NCBI GenBank assembly: GCA_965648905.1
Contig: CBFGIT010000012.1
Coordinates: 31,209-95,208, forward strand
Length of the DNA: 64,000 nucleotides
Source of the DNA: a candidate division WOR-3 bacterium
GTDB lineage: Bacteria > Hydrothermota > Tepidihabitantia > Tepidihabitantales > Tepidihabitantaceae
Reading direction: 5' to 3'
Under the pieces are notes generated by a model. It saw only the letters and a list, made by a program, of their open reading frames with translations, was not told the origin of the DNA and did not search any database. Of the stretch, positions 1-9,662 are shown piece after piece. Both the position numbers and the translations under genes were made by a program. The first letter of the stretch is position 1, and each line of letters opens with the position of its first letter.

Positions 1-1
1 G

Positions 2-1855
2 ATGCTGTACATGGTGAAAATATCGGATAACGTCGAGGTGGACGAGGACGAGCCTGAAGTACTGCTCGATGCTCTGCATCACTCCCGCGAGTGGGTTGCA
101 CCCCAGGCGGCCCGGCACTTCTGCGATACGCTGCTTTCCAACTACGCAAGCGACCCGACGTTCCGGAACTTTGTTGACAACACCGAAATCTGGGTCATCC
201 CGGTTGTCAACCCTGACGGCTATGCCTACGACTACCCGGGCCAGCGCTCATGGCGGCTCAATCGCCAGCCGTTCAGCACTTCCATCGGGTGCGACGTGAA
301 TCGTGATTACAACGGCTACTGCGCCGGTACTCCGGGCAGCGGCTGGGGCTCACTCTCGTCCGGCTCGCGGTCGACCCATCGGCCTGGAGACGAGACGTTC
401 ATGGGCGGACGAGGGGAATGGGCCTACGAGATCGACGCGATGGCCAGGTTCTTCAGAACCCGCAACTTCGTGGCTGACATCAGCCTGCATTCCTACTCGG
501 AGCTGGTGCTCTGGCCGATGGGTGACGGCACCCTGGCTCCGGACAACACGACGTTCATCTCACTCGGCCAGCGCACCGCGGCCCAGATGTCCAGGCTTTC
601 AGGCGGCACCTACACGCCGGAGCAGACCACGGGTCTTTACCCGGTGGCAGGCGGTTCGATTGACTGGATGTACGGCTGGGCGCACTGGGTCGGCGGATTC
701 CCGTGCCTGAGTTACGTGTTCGAGCTTGGTACCAGCTTCTATCAGAACCTCTCGCAGGTCGACGCCATCGAGCGCGAGTGTTTTGACGGCGCGTTCTATC
801 TGTTCAGCCGCGCCGAGTCGATTCGCACGACGCTCAAGGGCGAGGTGCCGCCGCCGGTGCTTGCCCCGATGGACTCATCGCCGACCGGTGATTACACCGT
901 GCGCTGGACTCCGGTACGGCCAAGCTACAATCAACCCGACCGCTGGGAACTCGAAGAGCTGACCGGGCTTTCGGTCGTTGAGGATGGGATTGAGTCGGGC
1001 ACGGCGCGCTGGGTTCTGACCGGCGCGAGTCAGTCCACGACCCAGAAGCACGACGGGAACTACTCGATGTATCTCGGGACCGGCAACAATGCCTCAAACT
1101 CGATGACCACGGCCGACCCCTATCCGGTGCAGCCGGGCGATTCGCTGCGCTACTGGATATGGTACAACATCGAGAACAACTACGACGTGACCGTGGCCGA
1201 GGTGTCAACCAATGGTCTGGAATGGACCCAGCTCCACGACCGATTGACCGGCAATTCGTCCGGCTGGGTGCGCAAGGCGTTCTCTCTGGAGCGATGGGTC
1301 GGGACATCGGTCTTCATCCGGTTCCGGTACCTGACCGACGACGGCACACTCGGCTCGGGCGTGTACGTCGACGACGTCTGGCCCGTGCCTTCGTTCGCCA
1401 ACCGCACTGTCATTTCCAGCAACATTACTGATACGCTCTGCAGCTTCACGGGCAAAGCGCCGGACCGGTACTGGTACCGTGTGCGCGGCCACAATGCCAC
1501 GTGGGACTGGAACGCCCAGGGGCCGCTCGAGGACGTCGTGGTCGGCTCAACCGCGGTGGCCGGGCCGCCCGCCGAGGTATTTCACACCGGGCTTGCCGCG
1601 GTCAGCCCCAATCCGGCGCGCACGAGTGCGGCGGTACGCTACACACTCGGTCGAGCCGGACCGGTCCGAGTCGCGGTATTCGACGCGGCCGGCCGCGAAG
1701 TGCGCTGTCTGGTGTCGGGCTCGATGCCGGCAGGACGGTACTCAGTGAGCTGGGACGGCGAGGACAATTCCGGACGGTCGGTCTCGGCCGGAGTGTACTA
1801 CCTGCGTCTGGTTGCCGACCAGAACCTGACCACGCGGTTCGCAGTCCTGCGTTAG
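2..1855 (+). CDS. M14 zinc carboxypeptidase (carboxypeptidase T-like) with jelly-roll/FN3-like domains and FlgD-Ig/T9SS-like CTD; 5'-truncated at window edge
   Basis: Zn ligands HHSREW and LHSY, NPDGY, NRDY, catalytic ELG. C-terminal PNP...VFDAAGR...WDGEDNSGRSVSAGVYYLRL. Confidence 0.88.
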   Translation: MLYMVKISDNVEVDEDEPEVLLDALHHSREWVAPQAARHFCDTLLSNYASDPTFRNFVDNTEIWVIPVVNPDGYAYDYPGQRSWRLNRQPFSTSIGCDVNRDYNGYCAGTPGSGWGSLSSGSRSTHRPGDETFMGGRGEWAYEIDAMARFFRTRNFVADISLHSYSELVLWPMGDGTLAPDNTTFISLGQRTAAQMSRLSGGTYTPEQTTGLYPVAGGSIDWMYGWAHWVGGFPCLSYVFELGTSFYQNLSQVDAIERECFDGAFYLFSRAESIRTTLKGEVPPPVLAPMDSSPTGDYTVRWTPVRPSYNQPDRWELEELTGLSVVEDGIESGTARWVLTGASQSTTQKHDGNYSMYLGTGNNASNSMTTADPYPVQPGDSLRYWIWYNIENNYDVTVAEVSTNGLEWTQLHDRLTGNSSGWVRKAFSLERWVGTSVFIRFRYLTDDGTLGSGVYVDDVWPVPSFANRTVISSNITDTLCSFTGKAPDRYWYRVRGHNATWDWNAQGPLEDVVVGSTAVAGPPAEVFHTGLAAVSPNPARTSAAVRYTLGRAGPVRVAVFDAAGREVRCLVSGSMPAGRYSVSWDGEDNSGRSVSAGVYYLRLVADQNLTTRFAVLR

Positions 1856-1873
1856 CCGACAGCAGGCAACTTT

Positions 1874-1904
1874 GCACAGGGCGCGGTTCTTCCGCGCCCT
1901 GTGC
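1874..1904. terminator. Perfect 13-bp GC hairpin between convergent genes
   Basis: gcacagggcgcgg-ttctt-ccgcgccctgtgc followed by ttt. Confidence 0.65.
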
Positions 1905-1930
1905 TTTGCCGCCCCAGGAAAAGAAGGGCG

Positions 1931-4768
1931 CTAGGATAGCTGGCGCAGCAGTTGGGCTGAGGTCGAGTCCTGGGGCGCGCGCTCCAGCCATTGCTTGAGC
2001 AGACTGCGGGCCCGAACCGTGTCGTGGAGTTTGTCCAGATAGATGCGGGTCAGCGCCTGGACCGGGACTGGTCGCTGCGAGCCGGCAGCCAGAGCCGCAA
2101 GATAGGCCTGCTCGGCCTTCTGCCAGTCGCCCTTGGCTTCGAAGATGGCGCCGCGCTGGATATCAAACTCGGGGTTAGTCAGGCCGAGGAGCTTGACCGT
2201 GTCAAGCGCAGCGAGCGCCCGATCCAGGTTGCCGTTTTCGAGTGCAAACACGGAAAGGTGGTAGAAGAGCGTCGCCCGCTTGTCCGGGTCGAGGTCGAAG
2301 CGGGTGGCGCGCCAGGTGACTTCCTCAGCGTCTTTCGAGCGGCCGACCCGCCGCAGCTCGGTCGCCAGTCCGAGATAGCTGGCCGCGTAGGTGATAAACA
2401 GCCCGCGCGTGTTGTCATCCTTGGATACTCTGGGGTCAAGCATCGAGCTCATCTGGTACTGGTTCATCAGCAGGTCGTAGCTGCGTTCGATGTCGACCTG
2501 GTTGTCAGCCGGCTCAGGCACGACCCGGTAGACCAGACCCTCGAGTCGAACATAGGGCTGGACGTCGGCCAGTTTCTCACGGGCGACCGTGGTGGCGAAG
2601 TAGACCGGAGTCCTGGGGTGGTAACCTGAGCCGAACACCTTGGCCTTGAATTCCTCGGATGTCGAGCCGTAGTCGTCAGGCCACTTCAGTTTGATGCCGG
2701 CGCTGGTGGCGACCATGTCCCGAATCATCACGTCCTCGAGCAGGAAGGTCCGGCCGTTTTTGCCGGCAAAGGCCCGGGGCAGCCGGTCGATCTCGGATTC
2801 GGAGAATGAGATGGGTGCGCCCCAGCGCTTGAGCTGCTTGCAGTACCACGAGGTATTGAGCAGGGAGAGAATCCCGACCGCCACGTTCTTCCCGAACATG
2901 GTGTCGTAGCCGGCAACCCGCGACGGCACGGTCTGCATGAACCAGAGCGGGAAAGTGTCGTTGTCGCCATTGGTGAAGACGACCGCTTTGTCACCGGGAC
3001 AGGAGACGAGCATGTTGTAGCCGTACTCGGCCGGTATCCAGTTGTAGCGCCGGGTGACGGTGGCGTAGTTCAGGAGCATCGGCACGAATGAGAAGAGCGC
3101 CAGCACGGTCCCGGCCGCATGGACAACCAGTCGGCGCGAACGGAACGATTCGGCCACGAGGCGCAGGAACGCGTGGGCTCCGATGCCGACGAAGACCGTG
3201 AAGAAGACGAACGAGAAGGCATAGAAGTAGTCACGTTCGCGTACCTCCAGATAGCCGAGTCCTCCCCGGGCCGGGTCGCCGCGCCGCGGGTCCGACGGCG
3301 AGTATTTCAGGTTCAGGTACGTGACGAGCCCGAGCGAAGCCACGAGGAAGGCGATGAAGATGAGCACGAAAGAGCGCTTGTCGTTCTTGAACTGGTGCCA
3401 GATGCCCCAGAGTCCGAGCAGGGGTGGAACCAGGCCAAGGAGTGCCTGCCATTTGATACCGAGGAAGATGTCGAAGAACCGCTCGTTGCCCCACTGCCAG
3501 AAGAAGTAGCGGAGATAGAACTTGATCTGTTCGAAGTACGCTACGAGAACGCTGAAACGCGGGTTCTGGTTCATCCGCCAGTCTTCTTCGGTCAGGAACT
3601 GGGTCTTGCGCGGCAGCAGCCGCATCGGGTCATACTGCTCGCGTCGGAGCACCGACACGAAGTCGCGCCAGTTCGACGGGTTGACCTCGTTGATGCTCGG
3701 CTGCATCCGGGCCCGGATGAGCATGAAGAACTGGACCGTGCCGGCGAGGAAGACGAGGCCGAGCATCAGCCCGACGTAGGTGAGGCTGAGCCGGCCCTGA
3801 CGCCGCAGCCAGTAGAGGTACGCACCGAAGCCGAGGAGAAAGAGCACCACGAGTAGCCGGCTCTGCACCCACATTTCGATCAGTGCCACGGTCGGCGAGG
3901 CAAGGAAGAGCACGCTGTTGTCCATGATGCGGCCGGATGAGGCGACGTAGCCGATCAGGTACATGAGCACCAGCAGGCCGAGCCCCCAGAGTACCGAGGT
4001 GGTCCGTTCGGACTTCTCCATTACCCTGACCGCAAGCCAGGTCGTGGCCAGCATCAGGGCCGCAGCAAGGACCTTCATTACCGGACCGGGCACGTCAGTC
4101 ACGGTCAACACAACAAGATAGCCGGTCAGGAACTCAAACAGCCTCAATTGCAGGATGGTCTGACGGTCGACAACGAGCACGTAGATGAGTACGGCGAAGA
4201 CAACCATCATCGGGGTGAAGTGGATACCGGTTGAGAGAAAGAGCAGAAACACGGCCAGCAGCACCAGGCGGTTGTCGCTGCCGGACCGGACCCGGTCACG
4301 CCAGACCAGCGCCATGTAGAGCACCGACAGCGCGACCACGACGCAGGGGCCGTAGACTTCGGCTTCGACGCAGTTGTCCCAGTAGGAGTAGGCGAAGGCG
4401 CACATCAGTCCGGCGAAGACTCCGGCCAGGTGCGGCATCCAGCGGAACCGCGAGTCGGACGAATACTGCGATATCAGCTTGACGACAAGCAGGTAGATCA
4501 GACCGCACGAGAGCGAGCCGAATAGAACCGGAATCAGCGTGATGCGGAAGGCGATTTCCGGGTTGACCGGCAGCAGGGAGAAGAGCCGGCCGAGCATGAC
4601 GAAGAGCGGCGTACCGGGGGGGTGGGGGATGCCGGCAATGTACGACGCGGCAATCAGTTCGGCGCAGTCCCAGAACGCCGCAGTCGGCGCCATTGAGTAG
4701 CGGTACACAGCGAACACGATTGCGACGACGATGCCGAAGCCGATGAAACGCAGGTTTCGTTCGCTCAC
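1931..4768 (-). CDS. DUF2723 / TMEM260-family GT-C membrane glycosyltransferase with C-terminal TPRs
   Basis: WDCAELIAASY..GIPHPPGTPLF, EAEVY, ERDYFY and FTNGDNDTFPLW motifs. Many TM helices and a TPR-like tail. Confidence 0.85.
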   Translation of the reverse strand: MSERNLRFIGFGIVVAIVFAVYRYSMAPTAAFWDCAELIAASYIAGIPHPPGTPLFVMLGRLFSLLPVNPEIAFRITLIPVLFGSLSCGLIYLLVVKLISQYSSDSRFRWMPHLAGVFAGLMCAFAYSYWDNCVEAEVYGPCVVVALSVLYMALVWRDRVRSGSDNRLVLLAVFLLFLSTGIHFTPMMVVFAVLIYVLVVDRQTILQLRLFEFLTGYLVVLTVTDVPGPVMKVLAAALMLATTWLAVRVMEKSERTTSVLWGLGLLVLMYLIGYVASSGRIMDNSVLFLASPTVALIEMWVQSRLLVVLFLLGFGAYLYWLRRQGRLSLTYVGLMLGLVFLAGTVQFFMLIRARMQPSINEVNPSNWRDFVSVLRREQYDPMRLLPRKTQFLTEEDWRMNQNPRFSVLVAYFEQIKFYLRYFFWQWGNERFFDIFLGIKWQALLGLVPPLLGLWGIWHQFKNDKRSFVLIFIAFLVASLGLVTYLNLKYSPSDPRRGDPARGGLGYLEVRERDYFYAFSFVFFTVFVGIGAHAFLRLVAESFRSRRLVVHAAGTVLALFSFVPMLLNYATVTRRYNWIPAEYGYNMLVSCPGDKAVVFTNGDNDTFPLWFMQTVPSRVAGYDTMFGKNVAVGILSLLNTSWYCKQLKRWGAPISFSESEIDRLPRAFAGKNGRTFLLEDVMIRDMVATSAGIKLKWPDDYGSTSEEFKAKVFGSGYHPRTPVYFATTVAREKLADVQPYVRLEGLVYRVVPEPADNQVDIERSYDLLMNQYQMSSMLDPRVSKDDNTRGLFITYAASYLGLATELRRVGRSKDAEEVTWRATRFDLDPDKRATLFYHLSVFALENGNLDRALAALDTVKLLGLTNPEFDIQRGAIFEAKGDWQKAEQAYLAALAAGSQRPVPVQALTRIYLDKLHDTVRARSLLKQWLERAPQDSTSAQLLRQLS

Positions 4769-4771
4769 AGG

Positions 4772-5530
4772 CTAGACCTCCTTTTGCAGGGCTTGCTGAA
4801 TGTTGTACTTGAGCTGGGACGGGGTCAAATTGAGCAGCAGTCGGCCCCGGCAGGCGAAGCTGATTCGGCCCGAAGTCTCGGAGACGATTACCACGAGCGC
4901 ATCGGTCACCGAGGAAAGTCCCAGGCCGGCCCGGTGCCTCATGCCGAGCGGGCCATCGAGGAATTTGACGTCGCTCAGCGGCAGAGTGCAGCCGGCCGCC
5001 GCGAGCTGGCCGGCGGAGATGATAACCGCACCATCATGGAGCGGCGAAGGCGGGGTGAAAATCGAGACCAGCAGTTCGGCAGTCACCCGCGCTTCGACCC
5101 GTGAGCCGGTCTCGGTGTACTCGCGCAGACCGATGTCGCGCTCGATGGCGATGAGCGCACCCTGACTTCGTTCTCTGAGCTGGGCCGCGGCATCGACGAT
5201 TTCGTCGATTACCGCGGCGTCGGCCGCGCTCTTCAGCAGGAACCGCAGCGGTCGGTAGCGCCCGAAGCGGGACAGGATATTCCGAATTTCGGGCTGGAAG
5301 ATGATGACGAAGGCGACGATCCAGACGGTGGTCAGCGAGCTGACAATCAGGCCCAGAGCCTTAAAGTCGAGCCAGCGGGCGATCAGTGATACCAGACCCA
5401 GGAACGCAAGGGCGTAGAGCATCCGGATGGCGCGAGTGCCGCGCAGGAACCGGAGGAAGTAGTACGCCAGCAGAGCAACAACCAGAATGTCGATTGCATC
5501 GAGCACCCGGAAGCGGATGAAGGACAGCAT
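4772..5530 (-). CDS. cdaA: Diadenylate cyclase CdaA/DacA
   Basis: Three N-terminal TMs, FQPEIR, PLHDGA, GMRHRAG, VSETSG. Confidence 0.95.
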   Translation of the reverse strand: MLSFIRFRVLDAIDILVVALLAYYFLRFLRGTRAIRMLYALAFLGLVSLIARWLDFKALGLIVSSLTTVWIVAFVIIFQPEIRNILSRFGRYRPLRFLLKSAADAAVIDEIVDAAAQLRERSQGALIAIERDIGLREYTETGSRVEARVTAELLVSIFTPPSPLHDGAVIISAGQLAAAGCTLPLSDVKFLDGPLGMRHRAGLGLSSVTDALVVIVSETSGRISFACRGRLLLNLTPSQLKYNIQQALQKEV

Positions 5531-6724
5531 CTAGACCCTGCCCTCGACGGCGTCGGTCAACCGCACCGCTCTTGTTGCAGCCTTGACGTCGTGAACCCGG
5601 ATGATGTTTGCCCCGGCGCGAACCGCCAGGACGCAGGCGGCGAGCGTTCCCTCAAGCCGCTCGGTCACACCCAGTTCCAGCGTCTCGCCAATGAACCGCT
5701 TGCGCGACGGCCCGCAGAGCACCGCGGTGCCGATGGACCGAAGTTCGCTCAGACGGCGCAGGACCTCGAGGTTGTGTTCCGTGGTCTTGCCGAATCCGAG
5801 TCCGGGGTCGACAATCACCTGCGAGCGGCTGACACCGGATTTTTCAGCGCGGGCCACGGCATCGACCAGAAACTGGACGATTTCAGCCATCAGGTCCCGG
5901 TAGCGCGGGTTGCGCTGCATCGTCTTGGGTCGGCCCTGCATGTGCATCAGCACGCACGGCACGCCGCGTCGCGCCACCAGCCGCGCCATCTTCGGGTCGA
6001 ACCGGAGTGCCGAAACATCGTTGACCATGTCGGCGCCTGAATCGAGCGCCGCCTCGGCGACACGTGCGCTCATGGTGTCGACCGACACCGGCACCTTTGA
6101 GCGCTGGCGCAGTTGTCTGAGCACCGGCAGGATGCGCTCAAGCTGTTCACGGGCCGGAACCGGCTCGGAGCCGGGGCGGGTTGACTCGGCACCGATGTCA
6201 ATGAAGTCGGCTCCTTCCGACTCCATCCTGAGGGCGTGCTCGACTGCCGCCGTTGGTGCCAGATACCGCCCGCCGTCCGAGAACGAATCCGGAGTCACGT
6301 TCAGAATGCCCATGACGCGGGTTCGCCGGGCCAGGTCAAGCGTGCGTCGGCCGAGCTTCAGGACGAGCTGCGGAGCGCTGAGCCTGGCGATGGTCTGTTC
6401 AATCTCCGGTGCGAGTCGTGACGCGCATGGCGGCTGAGTCCGGAGACGGCAGGCAATGGCTTCAAGCTGCCGTGGCGTGCCGAAGAGCAGTGCGTTTGAC
6501 CGTCGAACCCGGCCTGAGGCCACGCTTCGATGGACCGCGCAGTCGCCGCCGGCGGCCAGGGCAACCTGTTTCAGGATGTTGGCTCCAGCCGTTGAGATGT
6601 CGTCGGCCTTGAGAACCAGCAGTCGAACCTTGGCCGCGAAGATGGGCCAGCTTGCCGGGTCGGTGCCGACCCGGGCCAGCTCCTGCCAGAGGTCGGACGG
6701 ATGAAAAACTGCCAGCGCGCGCAC
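5531..6724 (-). CDS. folP: Dihydropteroate synthase with ~120-aa N-terminal extension (dihydropteroate-reductase-like)
   Basis: MGILNVTPDSFSDGG, IGAESTRPG, DPGLGFGK, SRKRFI, RVHDV. N-terminal ANILKQ..AAGGD. Confidence 0.95.
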   Translation of the reverse strand: MRALAVFHPSDLWQELARVGTDPASWPIFAAKVRLLVLKADDISTAGANILKQVALAAGGDCAVHRSVASGRVRRSNALLFGTPRQLEAIACRLRTQPPCASRLAPEIEQTIARLSAPQLVLKLGRRTLDLARRTRVMGILNVTPDSFSDGGRYLAPTAAVEHALRMESEGADFIDIGAESTRPGSEPVPAREQLERILPVLRQLRQRSKVPVSVDTMSARVAEAALDSGADMVNDVSALRFDPKMARLVARRGVPCVLMHMQGRPKTMQRNPRYRDLMAEIVQFLVDAVARAEKSGVSRSQVIVDPGLGFGKTTEHNLEVLRRLSELRSIGTAVLCGPSRKRFIGETLELGVTERLEGTLAACVLAVRAGANIIRVHDVKAATRAVRLTDAVEGRV

Positions 6725-6729
6725 GCTCA

Positions 6730-6757
6730 GTTATACCTTCTCGCGGCCCAAAGTCAA
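6730..6757 (-). promoter_or_regulatory. sigma70-like promoter for folP (leaderless)
   Basis: TTGACT-N16-TATAAC-N5-GTG. Confidence 0.6.
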
Positions 6758-6802
6758 GGCAGACTGACCCCGGCCGGCGCAGCACCGTCGAGCGCCGTCT
6801 GC

Positions 6803-6830
6803 TTGACTTGGGCCGGCGTTCGACTATCAT
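6803..6830 (+). promoter_or_regulatory. sigma70-like promoter for the EF-G paralogue
   Basis: TTGACT-N16-TATCAT; SD GGAGGA before the TTG start. Confidence 0.6.
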
Positions 6831-6866
6831 TGCCGCGACAAACCAATCAATTCCCCGGAGGAATCT

Positions 6867-8945
6867 TTGAAAGAATACGGCGCTGAACGCATCCGCAATC
6901 TTGGCTTCTTTGGCCACGGTAGCTCGGGCAAGACCTCGGTCTGTGAGTCGCTGCTTTTCACCATGAAACAGAACACACGGCTCGGCTCGGTGACAGACGG
7001 AACCTCGCTGCTGGACTATGACGAGGATGAGGTCAGCCGCAAGATTACCGTCAACCTCGGGCTGGGCTACGGCGAGTACCGCGGGACCCTTGTCAACCTG
7101 GTGGACTCTCCTGGCTATGCCGATTTCTTCGGCGACGTCGTGTCCGCGGTCCGGGCGGTGGACGTCGCGGTGCTGGTCGTCGATGCGTCGTCCGGGGTCG
7201 AGGTCGGCGCGGAGATGGCCTGGCGCAAGGTGGATGAGCTGAGGCTGCCGAGAGTCGTGTTTGTCAACAAGCTCCGGAAAGAGCACACCGATTTCGGGCG
7301 CACGGTCGAGGAGGTGCGGAAGGTGTTCGGCACACGCGTCACACCGCTCTACCTGCCGATTGGCCGCGAGGCGGGTTTCTCGGGTGTTGTCGACCTGCTG
7401 AACGACAAGGCGTACCAGTATGAGGACGGCGTTCGCCGGGAGGTGCCAGTGCCGGCTGACATGAAGGACGCCGTGGCACAAGGCAAGGAACGACTCGTTG
7501 AGGCAGCAGCCGAGGTCGAGGAGACGCTGATGGAGAAATTCCTTGAGGGAGCCGAGGTTTCGACCGAGGAGATGAGAGCGGCGGTACGACGGGGCATCAA
7601 AGCCGGGACGGTGTATCCGGTGGTCGGTGGTGATGCCTTGTCTCAGGTCGGAGTGGACCTGTTGCTCGACCTGGCAGTGGATGTGCTGCCCAGCCCTGCT
7701 GAGATGCCTTCCCGGTCTGGGACGAAGCCGGGCACGACCGAGATGCTTGAAGTCAAACCGGAACCGGATGGTCCGGTTGCGGCGCTGGTGTTCAAGACGG
7801 TATCGGAAGCGCACGTCGGAGACATGAGCTATGTCCGAGTCTTCCGGGGCAAACTGGAGCCGGGCACGGTCCTCCTCAATGCCCGAACCGAGCGCGACGA
7901 GAAGCTGAACCAGATATATGTGGTCAAGGGCCGAGAGCGGACTGAGGTCAACCGGCTGACGACCGGCATGATTGGCGCCCTGGTGAAGCTGAAGGAGACC
8001 CACACCGGTGATACGCTCTGCGACAAGCGTCAGCCGGTGGCCCTTACCCCGATCCAGTTTCCTAGGCCTTCAATATCAGTTGCCATTGTCCCCAAGAGCA
8101 AAGGCGATGAGGAGCGCGTCTCGAACGGGCTCTCCCGACTGCATCAGGAAGACCCGACTTTTTCCTATGACTACAATGCCGAGATCGGTCAGCAGCTTAT
8201 CAACGGAATGGGCGAGCTGCATCTCGACGTCATCGTGGCGCGGCTCAAGCGGAGGTTTGACGTACACGTTGACCTCGTGAAACCGCGCATCCCGTACCGG
8301 GAGACCGTTACGCGCAAGGCCGAGGCCCAGGGCCGGCACAAGAAGCAGACCGGCGGTCGGGGTCAGTTCGGTGATGTCTGGCTCAGAGTCGAGCCGTTGC
8401 CGCGCGGGTCAGGTTTTGTGTTTGAGGACGAGATATTTGGCGGTGCGATTCCGTCTAAGTTCGTCCCGTCGGTCGAGAAGGGCATTGCTGAGAGCATGCA
8501 GAAAGGCGTGCTGGCCGGCTATCATATGATGGACATCAAGGCCACGGTCTTTGACGGCTCGTATCACGAGGTCGACTCGTCGGACATCGCCTTCAAGCTG
8601 GCCGGGGCGCTGGCTTTCAAGAACTGCTGTGACAAGGCGGGCCTGATTCTCTTGGAGCCGATAATGAATGTCGAGGTGACTGTGCCCGACCGCTATACCG
8701 GTGACGTGATGGGCGACCTGAACGCCCGCCGGGGCAGAATCATGGGCATGGAAGTACAGGGAACCCTGCAGGTGATCAAGGCCCAGGTACCGCAGTCCGA
8801 GATGTACAAGTACTCGAACAGCCTGCGCTCGATGACTCAGGGCCGAGGTTTCTTCCAGATGGAGTTCTCGCACTACGAAGAGGTTCCGCGGGAACTGGCG
8901 AACAAGGTCGTCGAAGAAGCCAAGCGCGCCAGAGAAGAGAAGTAG
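6867..8945 (+). CDS. fusA: Elongation factor G paralogue (EF-G2 type, outside the str operon)
   Basis: GHGSSGKT, RKITV, DSPGY, GMGELHL, KKQTGGRGQFG, DGSYHEVDSS, LRSMTQGRG. Confidence 0.93.
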   Translation: MKEYGAERIRNLGFFGHGSSGKTSVCESLLFTMKQNTRLGSVTDGTSLLDYDEDEVSRKITVNLGLGYGEYRGTLVNLVDSPGYADFFGDVVSAVRAVDVAVLVVDASSGVEVGAEMAWRKVDELRLPRVVFVNKLRKEHTDFGRTVEEVRKVFGTRVTPLYLPIGREAGFSGVVDLLNDKAYQYEDGVRREVPVPADMKDAVAQGKERLVEAAAEVEETLMEKFLEGAEVSTEEMRAAVRRGIKAGTVYPVVGGDALSQVGVDLLLDLAVDVLPSPAEMPSRSGTKPGTTEMLEVKPEPDGPVAALVFKTVSEAHVGDMSYVRVFRGKLEPGTVLLNARTERDEKLNQIYVVKGRERTEVNRLTTGMIGALVKLKETHTGDTLCDKRQPVALTPIQFPRPSISVAIVPKSKGDEERVSNGLSRLHQEDPTFSYDYNAEIGQQLINGMGELHLDVIVARLKRRFDVHVDLVKPRIPYRETVTRKAEAQGRHKKQTGGRGQFGDVWLRVEPLPRGSGFVFEDEIFGGAIPSKFVPSVEKGIAESMQKGVLAGYHMMDIKATVFDGSYHEVDSSDIAFKLAGALAFKNCCDKAGLILLEPIMNVEVTVPDRYTGDVMGDLNARRGRIMGMEVQGTLQVIKAQVPQSEMYKYSNSLRSMTQGRGFFQMEFSHYEEVPRELANKVVEEAKRAREEK

Positions 8946-9042
8946 CGGTTCAGGCCGGGCCGGGCCCGGTCAATGCGCTCGGGCACAGGGTTCGGGAATG
9001 GCCCGGCCGGAGTCCAGGTATATGTGGGTATAGGAGCACACA

Positions 9043-9657
9043 ATGAACGCAAGAACCGTTGCCGCCGATCGCGACCGCGAATACGGCCGCGACCTGAGAA
9101 TTGCCGTATGCCTGACTCTGGTTGGTATGACCGCCTCGTTCCTGTTCCTGAAGCAGCCTCAGGTTAGACCCTACGAACTGAAGCGACCGATAGAGCTTGT
9201 TCCCGTCGTGCTGCCCAAGGGGCTTATTCAGTTGCCCAGGCCGGTCGAGCGGCCTGCCCGGGTCGCAGTTCCTGTTCCGGCCTCGCCGGGCGAGCCAGCC
9301 GTCAATACCATTGACCGGACCACAGGCGACAACATCTTCGTGCCGCCGGCCGATTTCGTGCCTGACTCAGTCCCGTTCTACCGTGTTGAGCACAAGCCGG
9401 TCTTGCTTCAGGCAGCACAGCCTGAGTATCCGGACGTGGCACGGCAGGCCGGTATCGAAGGACGCGCAGCAATATCGATGCTGGTCGATACCACGGGCCT
9501 GGTTGCCCAGGTCCAGGTCTATGCCGGCTCAGGCAGTACCCTGCTCGACGAGGCAGCCCTGGCCGCTGCCCGGGAATGCCGGTTCAAGCCGGCCTACCAA
9601 CGCGACCGACCGGTACCGGTCTGGGTCACGATGACCTTCAACTTCCGGCTACAGTAA
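9043..9657 (+). CDS. tonB: Energy transducer TonB family protein
   Basis: N-terminal TM, Pro-rich linker, YPDVARQAGIEG...LDEAALAAAR..FKPA..PV.VW C-terminal domain. Confidence 0.85.
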   Translation: MNARTVAADRDREYGRDLRIAVCLTLVGMTASFLFLKQPQVRPYELKRPIELVPVVLPKGLIQLPRPVERPARVAVPVPASPGEPAVNTIDRTTGDNIFVPPADFVPDSVPFYRVEHKPVLLQAAQPEYPDVARQAGIEGRAAISMLVDTTGLVAQVQVYAGSGSTLLDEAALAAARECRFKPAYQRDRPVPVWVTMTFNFRLQ

Positions 9658-9662
9658 CGCCG

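Noticed and set aside
6462..8003. 513-aa antisense ORF and many similar long overlapping ORFs (e.g. 54312-55742, 44124-45272, 42089-43192, 18132-19091)
   Set aside because: Shadows of well-supported genes in GC-rich DNA, with no recognisable motifs.
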